A stretch of 60,490 nt of DNA, the filler included, from Sphacelaria rigidula (taxonomy: Eukaryota), in the NCBI GenBank assembly GCA_964200075.2. It is 8 parts of 8 records of this genome, joined end to end, with 100 filler letters (N's around TTAATTAATTAA, not from the genome) between each part and the next. Parts side by side here need not be neighbours in the genome. Positions count along the whole stretch, not along the records: positions 22,723 to 30,196 come from CAXNAA020014762.1; positions 30,297 to 37,770 come from CAXNAA020014763.1; 6 more parts are not named here. One strand, written 5' to 3'. Below the pieces are notes generated by a model. The model ran no database searches. It saw nothing but the letters and a program-made list of their open reading frames with translations, and was not told the DNA's origin. The position numbers and the translations under genes were made by a program. The first letter of the stretch is position 1; every line of letters starts with the position of its first letter. Of the stretch, positions 23,913-36,432 are shown one piece after another.

Positions 23913-24689
23913 GTTGGGTTTATTGTGTATATCCTATGGCTCTGTGAGTGATCTTCTGCGTCTGTTTCAGGGTGGGAAGCACCTGAGAATCGGGTGTGAA
24001 GCAATTTCGGAACAGTACCGTTCAAAAACTGCAACTTTTCGATTGTCAGTTGTTGTCCGCCAAAGGCTCTTGATCTCGTGGCAGTACCGTATGGTAATAC
24101 AGAAGTTAAGGACTGCAGGGTGAATGGACTTATCGATGTGCCGCGGCTCGCCGTATCTTGCAATGTCTTACAATAGGTGTACGTGTTGAACTACGGTGGA
24201 CAATAGGGACATGACCTGCTTTTTTCCCTGTGCCATTTTCCTACAATTCTTGCACACGTGTCTTTTGCCATTTTCTAATATACTTCTTCGCTATACAATT
24301 ACTCGCATCGGTTTGTATGTCTCCCGAATGAGACGTGATAATCTTTCTCGTGTACATGCGTAGGTAAATTATATATACTTTCGTAGTCAGATTGATCGTT
24401 CTCATATACTTGGCCTTGCTGTTTGAAAATCGAAGAAAGACGTCCAATTACTCACAGTAGTGTCTTACGGTTCAACGACCGCGGGTTTGAACTTGTAGAA
24501 AGCATATTTGCACATGATAATAGAAAACATAGACAACCTGCAACCGAGGAAGAGAGCAATCACTTGGCTAAATAAATATAGAGGCAGCCGATACTACTGC
24601 GCGAAGGGGGTGGAGGAAGAGCTCTGGGATAGATAGACTGCACTTGAAATAGCTGCACCTGTGACACCAGCTAAAGGCAACCAACAAAT

Positions 24690-24979
24690 ATGTCAAGCGT
24701 GCGCCAAAAGAAGAAAGGCATACGGGCAGCATCCACAACCGTAACGGCCCAGCCGCAACCCGCGAGCACCTCGCCGAAAGCTCTACCCCGACCCATACGT
24801 TCGCCTCAAGCACCGACGCCCTCCGCAGCTGTAGCATCAGCCGTACCGTCAGGGGCGCAAGCATCGCCACCGCAAAATTCTTCTGCTGCTTATTCAGCTC
24901 GAAAACCGAAATCGTCCTCTAAAGGAGGCGGCAATTCCTCTTCCCCGACGCATCTTATAGCGGGGGCTCGTGGTACCAG
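24690..24979 (+). CDS. Putative first exon of the Sec1/Munc18 gene (S/P/A/K-rich N-terminal extension)
   Basis: ATG preceded by an in-frame stop; AG|GTAACG phase-2 donor compatible with the acceptor at 27971. Confidence 0.5.
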
Positions 24980-26868
24980 GTAACGCGGAGAGGTGGAGTT
25001 TTCCCGTGTTGAGTAGGGCTGTGTTCATTGGTTGAGGCCGAAGAGACCTATTTCGCGTGTAGTGCGGATTTTTTGCATTGTTGGCGAGATGAGGTGTCGC
25101 GGTTTGATGAAAAGTATGGAGCATGGTACCGTACTGTTGTCCTGTGTCCGGGTTACTTAAAGTAGAGGGGCATTTTACTCGAAGTCCAGCGTGATTCGTA
25201 ACGGATGATCGATTTGTGCGCACATCGCGGCTGCGTTGGATGCAATCGCAAAAGTTTTCAAGCTCCACTCCAACAGCCGAGTTCTAGCCGTGACGTCCAT
25301 TTGAATCTCCCATGCTTCTCTTCTTCCGCCCCCCTCTTGTCTCCGGGATAGGCGCGGAGTGCACTCAACGAGCTAATCACCTGCATGATTAGCGATTTAA
25401 AGAATAATTTCTCCGCCGTCTCTGCTGTACTTTTCCCTGAGGTTGCTTTCGGAGTCCCGAGAACGTTCCGCCCAAGCACGAAGCTCGGAATCTACACTGG
25501 CCAATCGCGATGGATCACACGAAATAGTTTCGATAACAGTACAGGTCCTTTCGTTGACCGGAGCAGGCCTGACAACTTGCGACCAACTGCTCGGCACAGA
25601 CGGTACAGCGCCGGCAAACCCACTATCGACCGCGGTTTTTTCACATCCCACTTTTTCCCTTCTCCATTGAACCATGTTCCGAATGTGTGGCCTTCTATTT
25701 TTCTTACCCCTTCACATTGTCAGCACGAAATTTGGTCAGCAGGAAGTGATCGACAGACTGCTCTTGGAGAGACAGGATTCCTATAAATCTTTACGACAAT
25801 TATCTGTAGCTCTTTTTCGGCGAACATGATGATATTTGGCAGTATTAGCCGGGTTGACAGTACCGCGCCTGGGCGTGGGCGGGGACTCCCGAGCTATACA
25901 ATGGAGTCGCCGCGCACAAAGTTGAAATATTCGCGAGAAATGGCACATCTCTAGTCATGTAAGTACCCATGCGAGCGCTGTGGTGAGGTTTGAATGGCCT
26001 ATAGTCGGCATGCGCTGGCTGCTCTCAAGTGAGAGGTAATAGCGAAAGTAAATTATTTTTGTCAGTGGATCATGACACTCACTGCAAGTCTACGGAAGGG
26101 TAGCGCCGGTGCCCAGGACGGGCAAACATGTGACTCGAAACGGAATTCCTTATTCTGCACTACGCTTTAACTTTCGGCAAGTAAGACCGTGCGTGCCCGT
26201 TTCGGACTACCCATTGCGGCAGAGGGTGCGAGACAGTTCATGCCTTTTGCCGTTCAAAATGATTGATTCTATGTGCATCTGCGTAAGTGACAGGATGGCC
26301 AATTTTACAAGATGGTAAACTTCCAAAACCGCGATGATTTACACCTCAAAACACCAGTTCCGTGGGAAGCTCTACTCAAGGGAACTTTTCGCTTATAGCG
26401 AGCCAGATCTGGACTCTTTATGCTGGTGGCGCCAAAGATCGCCAAGACGATCGGACAGAGTCGCCGCTGAGCGGACAAAATGAAATTCGAAATCCGACCT
26501 TCAGAGGCAGGACAGGCAGGTACAGGTCATCGTATGCCCAGGCAGACAAGATAAGCAACACAAAAAACGAACTGTCGCGCTCGGTATGTGCAAATACAGC
26601 TAGTTGAACCGACAAGCAGGGTGCCCTCGACAAACATTGTACTACTCGAAGCAGCAAGATACTGGAGCGGGCACTACATGGCACTGATGAAATGTCAACA
26701 GATGTATGGGCCCTGTTCTATGGGGAGCGGGACGGGAGCGTCTGCAATTTGTCGGATACCGGACAATGACTGTGGTTGTGGATGTTTGTTGTACATGGAT
26801 TCAATTGGGAGATATCTAGATAACACGGATTTGAGCCAAGGGGCTTTCAATAACCTGCTGGCGTACTT

Positions 26869-27145
26869 GAGGGGGGGGGATGTTTGGGCCCGTCCTTCAG
26901 GTGTCACTCCGTTGTGTGTGCTGTAAGCCTCGGTGTCGACATGGAGACTTTACCCGGAGTAATGGTGGGCGTCACTGGTACGTGATATAACCCCTTCCCG
27001 CTCCCCCTGAATAGCAACCGCTGGTTGATGGCTCGTAGGCTATTCTCGGCACCATGTCGTTAGTTACAGCACTGTTTTGGGACGGTAGCACTATATATCA
27101 CCTCTCCGCCACACACACCCTCCTACGTACCATCCCCGAGTAACA
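26869..27145 (+). mobile_element. Polypurine tract plus 265-bp LTR-like sequence (TGTT...AACA)
   Basis: GAGGGGGGGGGA immediately followed by TGTTTGGG at 26881; ends CCCGAGTAACA at 27145. Confidence 0.45.
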
Positions 27146-27971
27146 AGTTTTTACGGGTTTCAATTTTTGTTGCGAGGTTAGTATGCACCTCTTTTAAGCA
27201 AAATGCTCACGTTCCCCAATACGGTTACTGTCGATGCGTACATGCACAAGAACAGATACCCCCGCACGCTATCGCAGCTCATTTTTCATAAACCAACTGT
27301 TCAGCCCCAAACCATCAGATCGTCCCATGTAGATGATTTGTCCCTCCACGCAACAATGGCTCTTGATCCACACGAATAAAACACCCCCGTCACATGTTCG
27401 ACTGTAGTAGTCCCGGGCGGTCGAAGAGATCACTGGTGGGGAAATTAGTGCGGATATTTCCTAGAATATGATGAGTTTGTCAGGTTTTTACGGCCGCACC
27501 TGGGTAACGAGCACTCAGACGTCATCGGGCCTGGGCCAAGCTTTATTTTCCGCGATTAATTGATGGGTCGATCTCCGCATCCGGAAAATGTCCTGCAGTC
27601 GAGTTCAAGGCGCGCAGGGCGGGGGGAGGGGTGGGGGAGTGATAGAGTGCCTCAGTGACAGCACCCTACCGTTGGTGTGTAACATACCCTCCGGCGTATG
27701 GATGATACTGTAACTAAAGTGTTGATAGCGTCCTTTTGTATTTTTTATGTTTGTTGATATGCTTTTTATGAAATCCATCCTCTAGTGTCGTACAAGTGAT
27801 CTTGCCTCTGCTATTCTTGATCGAAGAACCGTCCAACCTGACCTCTCTGTAGAGTAGTAGCACAGGGTTCGTGTAGGCCCGTTCATGATCTATTTGCAAT
27901 GAATTTGCCCTTCGGTGGCTCCTACGCGGTGTGCTCGCTCCCCTTTGTCTCGTGCAATCATCGTACCACAG

Positions 27972-28260
27972 ACCAACCTCAGCAACTTCAGGATACGCGG
28001 GCGTTTATGGGAGACCCGGGAGTGGTGGGTTGGAAAAATCCCTCCGAGATACGGTGCGGGCGACTTTGCTGTCTGACGTTGTTCGAATGGATGGGGGCGG
28101 AAATGGCAGCAGTGGTGCTTCCAGGAGGGGCGATATGGGGGATACAGACGCGTGGAGGGTGATGGTGTTGGATTCCAGGGCGACGCGCGTGATATCGTCC
28201 GTGGTGGGCATGTACGACATCATGGAAGGCCACGTCACGGTTGTCGAAAACTTGCTGAAG
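27972..28260 (+). CDS. SEC1: Sec1/Munc18 (STXBP/KEULE-like) SNARE regulator, N-terminal domain exon
   Basis: SLRDTVRATLL...WRVMVLDSRATRVISSVVGMYDIMEGHVTVVENLLK matches Sec1 WKVLIxD..RIISS..MxDI..VTxVExL; CAG acceptor and GTAATC donor. Confidence 0.88.
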
Positions 28261-28836
28261 GTAATCGTTCTTCACTTGTGGTGCATGTCTTATATATATC
28301 GTAAGGATGCGGCTCAGGACACGGGCCGGGGTCATGGCACAGTGCGGAGCAAACGCACAGGGGTGCGCTACAAAGCAAGAACCAAATTCTTTGATTCGAT
28401 TTCCGCACAGGGGTCGGAGCAAACGCACATGAGGCGCGATGAATCCGGGAAAGCCCCACTACCGGGCGTAAAGTTGCGCGCCACGGCGAGGGTCATGGGG
28501 AGGGGGCCCCATATCGAGAAATGGTTGCACCACCGCTCCCCAGGCCGCAAAAATCTCATTCTGGTGTTGAAGGGGGGGGTGGGGGAGGTATCCCCCCGAT
28601 CGCTGGATGATGGCGATAGTAGTTGCAGCAGTGCACCGCACGTGTTTGCCGGTAGCGTCGGCCTGCGCTGGGTATACCGAAACGGTATTTCACGCTCGGA
28701 TGACGGGGAATATAATCAATGTGTTTTACGGCGAACAATCGAGGCTGCGAATCCGGTGATCTACCCCGTATAACATCATTATTGGCAAGCACTCCCTTTG
28801 CGTGTTTTTGTTGGAAATTAACCGGCACAATATTAA

Positions 28837-28945
28837 CCCTTTGGGAACCCTCCCCTCCTGTCCCCGGTCCAGAGGCCTCATTATTTCAAGCGCTAACAGA
28901 GAAGAAACGATGGGAAAAAAAAATACCGACGACAACAATTTTTCG
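28837..28945. mobile_element. Terminus of a piggyBac-like element
   Basis: TTAA|CCCTTTGGGAACCC; homologous to 15149-15265. Confidence 0.6.
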
Positions 28946-30134
28946 CGGCGGAAGGCCACAGATGAATCCACCGACATCCGTACGTCATGCTCGCACCAAA
29001 AATGTCATCCCGGTGCAGTCGGATTAGTTTTATCGGATGAGGGGACACAATGGGTCAAATATGTTCAACTTTGTGCACAGCAAAAACCAGCACCACGGCC
29101 TCTGAATTTCGTAAAACAAAAATCAGCACCACCTCTATATTTTCTATATGTTTAGTCCCGTGTGGCACTGCGGCACACATTTATGTACGTGACGCACCCC
29201 ACCGGAGCATTGTTGTGCTGCAGTCTGGAGGTCGTACCCGCCCAACACTTCGCGAGCGTGCTAAGCCCCGTCACAGAAACAAAGTAGCATGACCAAGCAC
29301 ACAGAAATCCCCTCACCACACGTGGAAGGATTGAGGTGCGATACAGTATTTACGCGATTCACCTCTAGTTGGAAGCGGTCGCGGGTCTGAAAAACACGCC
29401 TTGGGCAAAGTAGTGGGCCTTGGAAGCTGCGAGCAATCAACCATATCATGTGTCCAAAAAGTAGCACCTCGAAATCAGCACTTCTCAATTGCTGGTACCG
29501 AAAGGAATAATCTCACCTCAACATTTCATAACTGCTGCTACCTCGATGTTGGATACTCTTTTTCGTGACACCACGTCCACAGCATTCCCCTTTGCAACCA
29601 CTTTCTCTCTTGTGTCGCAGTGCAGTATGAATTGCGATATGTAGATGTACGCGTTGTATGAACACGGCTGTCTGCTCAAACGCGGGCGAAGTATGTGATC
29701 ATCTAGAATTCACACATTGTGCACGTCTATAATATCAAAATATTTTCGTGTTGGCTGGTAACACCGCACAGGCATCTTACTTCATGTACGTTTTAGTCAT
29801 CCAGCAGCAGTACAGTCGTCGTACACCGCCCTCCTCAGCATGGCGGCCGTATCACTGCGATAGTGCCAGGTCGGTAACAACCGGTCTTGCAAAAGCCAGC
29901 GGGACTCAATTATCCAGTGATCACCGCGATCCAAAAGTCACTTTCCAGCCGGCAAACTTGCTCCCCGATGGCCACAAGAACAACTGACACGCCAAAACTC
30001 CTCAGTGCTGGGCTGCTCACGTTAAGGCGAACCCGGAGATATCTAAATGATCGTTCAGTTCTGTATACTAGTGGAGAAATAGGAAGAACAAGATTTTCCC
30101 CAATTTGGTTTGGTCATTTCCTCATTCTCGACCG

Positions 30135-30196
30135 CGGGGGGGGGTGTACTGATGATCATGCATGCCATAGTCATAAGACCATTGACCTCGCATCCC
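30135..30196 (-). mobile_element. 3' end of C-tailed repeat type A
   Basis: G-run followed by TGTACTGATGATCATGCATGCCATAGTCATAAGACCATTGACCTCGCATCCC. Confidence 0.65.
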
Positions 30197-30296
30197 NNNN
30201 NNNNNNNNNNNNNNNNNNNNNNNNNNNNNNNNNNNNNNNNTTAATTAATTAANNNNNNNNNNNNNNNNNNNNNNNNNNNNNNNNNNNNNNNNNNNN
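30197..30296. other. Artificial contig linker
   Basis: N44-TTAATTAATTAA-N44. Confidence 0.98.
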
Positions 30297-30316
30297 ACAA
30301 CACCAACAACAACAAC

Positions 30317-30377
<61 letters not shown>
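30297..30377. repeat. (CAA)n-(CA)n compound microsatellite
   Basis: Read directly from the sequence. Confidence 0.95.
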
Positions 30378-30380
<3 letters not shown>

Positions 30381-30651
30381 GGCATTCAATCATTTTGGTA
30401 TGAAGAGCATCTAATGGCAACTTGTTGAGCAAGACATTGCAGCGCTGACTAGACGCGCACTCGGTATTCCCCTCGTACTGCATGAACATTCTCCCGGCAA
30501 TAAACGACGATGCGGCTGTGACCACGCCGGCATTGCGATTTGCACGGGCGGGGTCGGTGGAGGGTCGAATATCCTTCCGCCGAGTGCGGCAACTCCCACG
30601 ATTCCAGTACCAAAAGCGTATTGTTCGACTGTGATGCTTCGCCTCTTCTAC

Positions 30652-30747
30652 CTTCGGCACGTTGGAGTCGCGCATAGCCCGGATTAGCAGGAGGTCCTCG
30701 TTAGACTCGGGTTCCTTACGTTTCAGCTGCCCCGCCGCCACAAGGAC
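30652..30747 (-). CDS. DNAH6: Axonemal dynein heavy chain (DNAH6-like inner arm) exon VLVAAGQLKRKEPESNEDLLLIRAMRDSNVPK
   Basis: AG/GT boundaries, 32 codons, phase 0. Confidence 0.88.
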
Positions 30748-31161
30748 CTTTGCATGTGTAAAACCGCGTGTTATCGTGTGTCAGATCGATAACAACAAGT
30801 GAAAATATTACCACTGCGCTATGCCGGCACGATTTCCGGAAATGCGATGTCTATCAGGAATATTTTCTTTGCTGTGTCAGCGTGTTAGCTGCAGCGTTAC
30901 ATGCAGCATGGGAAGCCACATTACCACGATGCATTTACACTTACGGCGTGTTCAGGCAATCGATTGCTATGATGCAGACTCGTGCCTTGAAAATGTAGCG
31001 AACGAGGAACTTAGAGGGTTAGCAGCACTCCTTTTTCCTTCCTCTTTTTCTCCTTTTTCAGTATTTATTTGTTCTTTACTTTTTTTGTGTCGCATTTGCG
31101 AGAATTGTTTCTGCGTCCGATTTCAATTTAATGATTCTATTCTACCCTAGCTTGAGGTAGT

Positions 31162-31270
31162 TAGCCGGTGACTTCGGAAGGCGTCCGCATCCGATGCCCA
31201 GTACAGTATACTGCGCAGATATCGGAACGGTTTTTGAATGTGAAGACAACAACAACAACAACAACAACAA
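31162..31270 (+). mobile_element. Conserved 3' end of the (CAA)n-tailed retroposon
   Basis: GGAAGGCGTCCGCATCCGATGCCCAGTAC...GTGAAGA plus (CAA)n, preceded by a T-rich tract; three copies in the window. Confidence 0.7.
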
Positions 31271-31816
31271 GATGGGGAAGGGGGGGTGTAAATCATCTCA
31301 CGACGGTACGCTGGTGAACAATTTCGGACAGCTGCGGTCCTTCAACCGGCGGTGTGTAGCGAATGAAATAACGTCTTCCAGTCTCCAAACACGCTTAGGA
31401 TTTGAGCGTCTTACTACACAACAATAGTACGACTTGCGGTGCCACAGGCAGTGTAGGCGATGTACTGTGCCTCGAGGAAAGTATCCCACATCATCACGTG
31501 CGCCAATCCTTTTAATATAAAGGGTTTTCCAAGCGCGTGTTTTATTTTGTCAGCGGTAACGTTTTGTCCGTGTATATACCTCATGCAGTTGACACTTTCG
31601 GAAACTTGCGTTCTTTCTCTCAGCATTACTTTTCGTTTCGCATGTGCTCTTATGTGGAGAGAAATGAAGTTTTCATTGAAACTGTCAAGTTCCTGAGGTG
31701 CACACCGAGAAACGTTACGGCTGAGAAAGGGTACACACCCCTCCGAGATCCTTTTTTTCGATGCAGCCGTCACTTCAATGACTGTGCCGGGTTATGTATC
31801 GACCTCGAGTCCTCAC

Positions 31817-31934
31817 CGACTTGACGGCGCGCATGCCGAAATCATAGTGGTCTTGCTTCGAAAGCTGTTCTGAAGAGAGCGAGTACAGCTGCGCCATCTT
31901 GTTCGACAGAGGCAAGGCGTTCGTGAAACCCTCG
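31817..31934 (-). CDS. DNAH6: Dynein heavy chain exon (S)[39 protein letters not shown]
   Basis: CAG acceptor, GTGAGG donor; conserved [18 protein letters not shown]. Confidence 0.92.
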
Positions 31935-32429
31935 CTGTTAGACAAGAGTCGCGGGTGAGGGCAACCGTTGGGGGTTTGGGTAAAGGTCGATGATTGTGTA
32001 TTATCTTGAATACTCAACGGGGGACTCTACGCGTGTGGCGGGAAAAAAGGGAGCTGGGACGATTTAATCCCTAACCTCAGGTGTGATCCTGCGGACTACA
32101 CCAAACCAAAGTAGGTTTCTCCTATCGGACGGAATGGGGCTTGTTAAGCATTTCGGTTCTCCGCTGCTATAAAAAAGACAGCTAGAAATCTTCAGGTAGT
32201 CGGATACCTGCATTTCCCCGAACCAGACAGACGGGCATCCGGGGCTTTTTTTAGCGGCGCCGAAGTACCAGCGTGTACCAGCTACCAAAGCGATTGACAT
32301 ATCTTCCACAGCAATATACCATCAGTATCAACACGACGCTGTGGCGTGAGCAGCGATATACTATACCCTCAAGGCCGAACCTGAAGTCGAGGCTTGTGAC
32401 AAGAATCACTCGATTCTGCCACGTGTTAC

Positions 32430-32515
32430 CTGAATAAAACGATCTCAGCAATGAGGCGGTAGTCCGGCACCATCATCGCCACGGGCCTGAATAGGGCCTT
32501 CAGGTTGTCTGGTAG
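32430..32515 (-). CDS. DNAH6: Dynein heavy chain exon [28 protein letters not shown](S)
   Basis: CAG acceptor, GTAACA donor; phase 2 matches the next exon. Confidence 0.92.
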
Positions 32516-33166
32516 CTGTCGAGAGGGGGAACGGACACCGCGAGGTTCGTGTGTGGGAAAATAGCATCCAGTTTTCAAGCGTAAAGAGAACATCTGGCAT
32601 TTTTCGTCTAGCGGTAATAATTATGTTCCCATCGGCGGCATCGTCGGAACCCTGCACGGCTTACGTTGAATAAGGACATGTCGGTTTCACCAGGACCAGC
32701 CGTGGTTGAGGTCTGATCAACAGTATGTCGCTCTAACCTTGGGATACGACACGACCAGGGAGGTGAAACGAAGTTACGCTTGGCGACACCAATCTTGATG
32801 TCGAAGGTAGTGCAAGAGCTCCAAGCAACCGACACAGCGCGCACGCGGACAATCGTGATAAAGCCATCGTGTGTTGTTCGTAGAGACTATGCGATAAGAG
32901 CTCGCGTCCCCTCTAGGCCATCACCTCTTGCTCAGCGACGCTGTAGTGCTTCAAGATGCAAGCGTCAGAGGTGGGTTTCGCGTAACAAATGCGCGAGATT
33001 TATTGTGTTTTCTTAGCCCATTCTCAAAGTGCCGTGTAGTCGATAACATCGCTCAGCTAATAATGCTGTCTGATGAGGTCAGAATTGAATCAGCCGACAT
33101 GTATCACCTGCCCTGTTTTTCACAGGATGTTGATTTTCGACTAAACTACTGTCGTGGCAGGCGTAC

Positions 33167-33319
33167 CTCTGTTCGCCCCGCGTAGCCAGGGTTCATGGTG
33201 ATGAACACTCCGAATCCCTTGTTCAGGGGGATCATGTTTCCGTCGAATTCGAATGTCTTCAGGTCCTGCACGATGGCCTGCTGGATGGACAGCACTTGCT
33301 GAGCAATTACACTCAACAC
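33167..33319 (-). CDS. DNAH6: Dynein heavy chain exon VLSVIAQQ...FITMNPGYAGRTE
   Basis: CAG acceptor, GTACGC donor; AAA1 sensor-I motif ITMNPGYAGR. Confidence 0.93.
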
Positions 33320-33866
33320 CTGGTCAATCGGCACCCGAGCATCATTGAAGGGTGCAATATAGGGGCAGGTGCTCTTCATCACCTTGGTCCCTGGACATTG
33401 TCGCTGCAATACTATTGGATCAGTCCGCAAATTACAATGGATCAGTCCACGAATCACAATGGATACCCTTAAGCTTCTGAGGGTAACCCCCGTACCCCCC
33501 TTCCCCCCACCGACCACGAGTGTCTAGCTACCCTTTTCTTTGGCAATACAGCGCCACTCGCCCGAGAGCAGACGAACCTATGCTTTGCGCACCGCAAAAG
33601 TCATTCCCAGATGGTAGCTTTGTATCATGACCTGAAGATAACTCAAGGAGGGAGGGCACAGGAGCGAGTGCCTGATTCCAAGATGTGAATATTGTGCCAC
33701 GACTCCGCTCGCTTTTACGTCAATCCGCACTTCAATTGGCAATACTCGTACAAGCATATGGTGAGCAAGTGTACCCAGTAACTACCTAGCCTTGATGCAC
33801 TCGGCCACAAGCAAAATGCGCTATGGTGGTACACGTTAGCCGGCCGCGTGATGCACCCCGCCTCAC

Positions 33867-34033
33867 CTCGATGTCTATTCGGTTGAACTCATCGAAGCAG
33901 GCCCATGCGCCCTGTTGCGCAAGTCCCGAGAAAAACCGACCCATGATCTTGTAATCCAGCCCGTCGGAGCAGTTGAACACCACACAATACACAGCCAGAG
34001 CTTTGGCCAAATCTTTTGTTGTCTCCGTCTTAC
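33867..34033 (-). CDS. DNAH6: Dynein heavy chain exon (G)[12 protein letters not shown]...[13 protein letters not shown]
   Basis: End of Walker A (GKTETTKDL) and Walker B (CFDEFNRI); [10 protein letters not shown] is DNAH6-like; TAG acceptor, GTGAGG donor. Confidence 0.93.
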
Positions 34034-34609
34034 CTAGAAATATGGTGCAGGAAGTACCGTATGGAGCACGTGCATAGCACTACGTACAATAATGCGTATT
34101 TGTGTAACCAGGATTTACTCAATTCTCGATCCTCTCACACATTGGTTGACTACGCGGTGGCCATTTTGTGAACTGCAAATACAACATATTTTTGAGGAAC
34201 CGCGGGACGCCTTGGCGGATCGTGGACACGGAGACTACGTGGGTTCTCCCTGTTGTGGATAAAACTTGAAAATCGTGCTGCTTATTCACCCAGAAGCAGC
34301 CACGGTAGCACGCGAAGATACTTACGTTTTCACCGATAATTCAGGCCGCCCTTCACCACAAAAGCATAGGTTGGCCCGGAGCGATTGATACGGATTTGCG
34401 TAGGAATTGCAGCAATGTATCCCGTGTGCTGCGAACGTGCTGGTGCACCCCGAGCGTGAGTGATATTGATAGGCAATGCCCAAGTTCCTCCCGTAAAATG
34501 CATAGCAGAAGCAACGTCCCCAAACGGTAGACAAGTACGTGTCGGGTGATGCTTCCTTGTTGGAACCAAATTCCCCTCATATCCTTGTCATCGTATCCAA
34601 AATACATAA

Positions 34610-34965
34610 GCCGCGAGGCCCGGTGGTCAAATTGAACAACGAGTACTGCTAGGGCGTAGAAACGTAGGTTCGACTCGTGCCAGAGGTTCCCGTGATTAGG
34701 GTTTCATCCTGTGATGTATCTGACTTTCGTCGTTGAAAGCGTGACGACGCGAGAAAACAAATTAGTCTGTTTGTTTGACTAGAGTTTGCTTGACTGGGGT
34801 TGTTCGGGGGGAGTCGACGCGGTGTGCGACTGCTGATCCAACCCGTGACACCAACATACAAGGCGTGTTTACTGGGGAGAGATACGGGTTGATTGATCCC
34901 TCGAGGCCATGGACTCTTGCCCGATAAAAGGGAAGGGTTGAAAGGGCGACGTCAAAACAAACAAG
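34610..34965 (+). mobile_element. tRNA-headed SINE, family 2 (diverged)
   Basis: GCCCGGTGGTCAAATTG...GGTTCGACTC head; 3' part CAAGGCGTGT..GGGGAGAGAT..GGGTTGAT shared with 36944-37254 and 44752-44955. Confidence 0.6.
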
Positions 34966-35469
34966 CTACAACACGGCACTCCACTGTCTGTACGGTATTT
35001 CCCAATGTGATATATAGAAATTCGACTGCCCCAACTAGCGCACTTGCTTTTTTTTTCTCTCGCATTTGTATCACACACCCGTCCTCGAGAGGAATCTTCG
35101 ATGTCAGGGGAGCAACCCTTCTCTGCAGTATATGCCTGACAGTGCGATGTCAACGTTTGGATCGGCACTGCTGCAGCCCGTCCGTTGTGCTTCGGACGAC
35201 CGACGCCGGTTTCTGCATGATAATATCATAGCTTTAGGGATCCTCCGAACCAACAATATTCCGCCCAGTCGCTGGTGTACTACTTGGAGCACCGGAGCAC
35301 CTCGACAACTACTGCATCTTGTATTCAGGGACATTCAAGGTATTATACGCCCGTGTGAAGCGTTCAATCAATCGTCCAGAATTGCTCAAGAACAAACTCT
35401 CTGAACATTTGCGCGGGTAAGACCTTAGGCTCCGGGGGTACCCGTCCATACATTTTTCACGAGTATCAC

Positions 35470-35647
35470 CTGTCCCCGCGGGTCCCGCAGGAGCACCCCC
35501 CAACCTCATGTGGAGAGCACCCGTCAGGGTCATGTAGCAGATGTCGGTCAGGGGAGTGATGACCAATCGCGGACCATTTCCCAGGTATTCGTACCCGTAG
35601 AGAAACCGGGTATTCGTTTGACGGGCAACCACGTCGTCCGCAGCTTC
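35470..35647 (-). CDS. DNAH6: Dynein heavy chain exon [10 protein letters not shown]...[19 protein letters not shown]...GAPAGPAGT(G)
   Basis: Start of the AAA1 P-loop (GPAGTG); CAG acceptor, GTGATA donor. Confidence 0.93.
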
Positions 35648-36296
35648 CTGCGGTGCCGATGACAATGACCACCAATGTTCGGCACATCAGCGGTTATTGG
35701 CCCTGTTGGCGTCTTATTCATGGTCGACAAAGTAGTGCCCAGCATGACAATGAACAGAATTCGGCATCAGAGAGCATGTCCGACAGGTGCGCGGTATTCC
35801 GACGCCCCTTCCTTTCGGCAAGATTTGCATTCGCGAGACCCCCATGAACGAATGAGCGGCAGCTACATCCTCCGAGGACTCTAGGTGTGGATCGGTATCC
35901 AAGATCAAACAGTCAGCATTGGTACGGAGAACGTTCCCCGTTACCATCGCTGCCGTTATTCTTTCGATATATACCACCAGATACAGCGGCATTATGTTGA
36001 GGGCGCAGGAGTGACGGATTCAGGCATGAAGCCCCATCTTTCCTTTATTGAGCTCGTGGTTCTTGCGCCCTGTGTCACGCTGTTGCACCACAAAACGGCG
36101 CTCTGGAGACCAAAGGTGGACAAAGCTCGTGGCCCGTGTGGCGACACGGCTTCCGATCAGCACACGGGTGCATCCAATAAAAGAAATTAAAGATTTCACA
36201 CGCAAGCGCTACTTGTACGAGTGTGTATATATCCTGTAACGGTACGGTCTCGGCCTATGCCCAGTCGCGTGTTGCGGTCCTCCTGCCAGACCACAC

Positions 36297-36432
36297 CTCC
36301 CAGTAGTACCGCAGCTGCTTCGTCCACTCAAAGTCCGTGACCGAGCATACTTGACTCTGCACCATGTAGCGGACTACATCTCGAGCGTGCACATCGATCG
36401 TGATCAGAGCGCCCATCAGCATCCGTTGTTGT
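36297..36432 (-). CDS. DNAH6: Dynein heavy chain exon QQRMLMGALITIDVHARDVV...FEWTKQLRYYWE
   Basis: Linker-region motif ALITIDVHARD..FEWxxQLRYYW; CAG acceptor, GT donor. Confidence 0.92.

Noticed and set aside
27931..28773. 280-aa single-exon ORF
   Set aside because: Sec1 similarity stops at the GT donor at 28261; the remainder is intron read-through.
2108..36432. Flagellar gene cluster (DNAI1 plus dynein heavy chain)
   Set aside because: The genes are on different contigs separated by artificial linkers.
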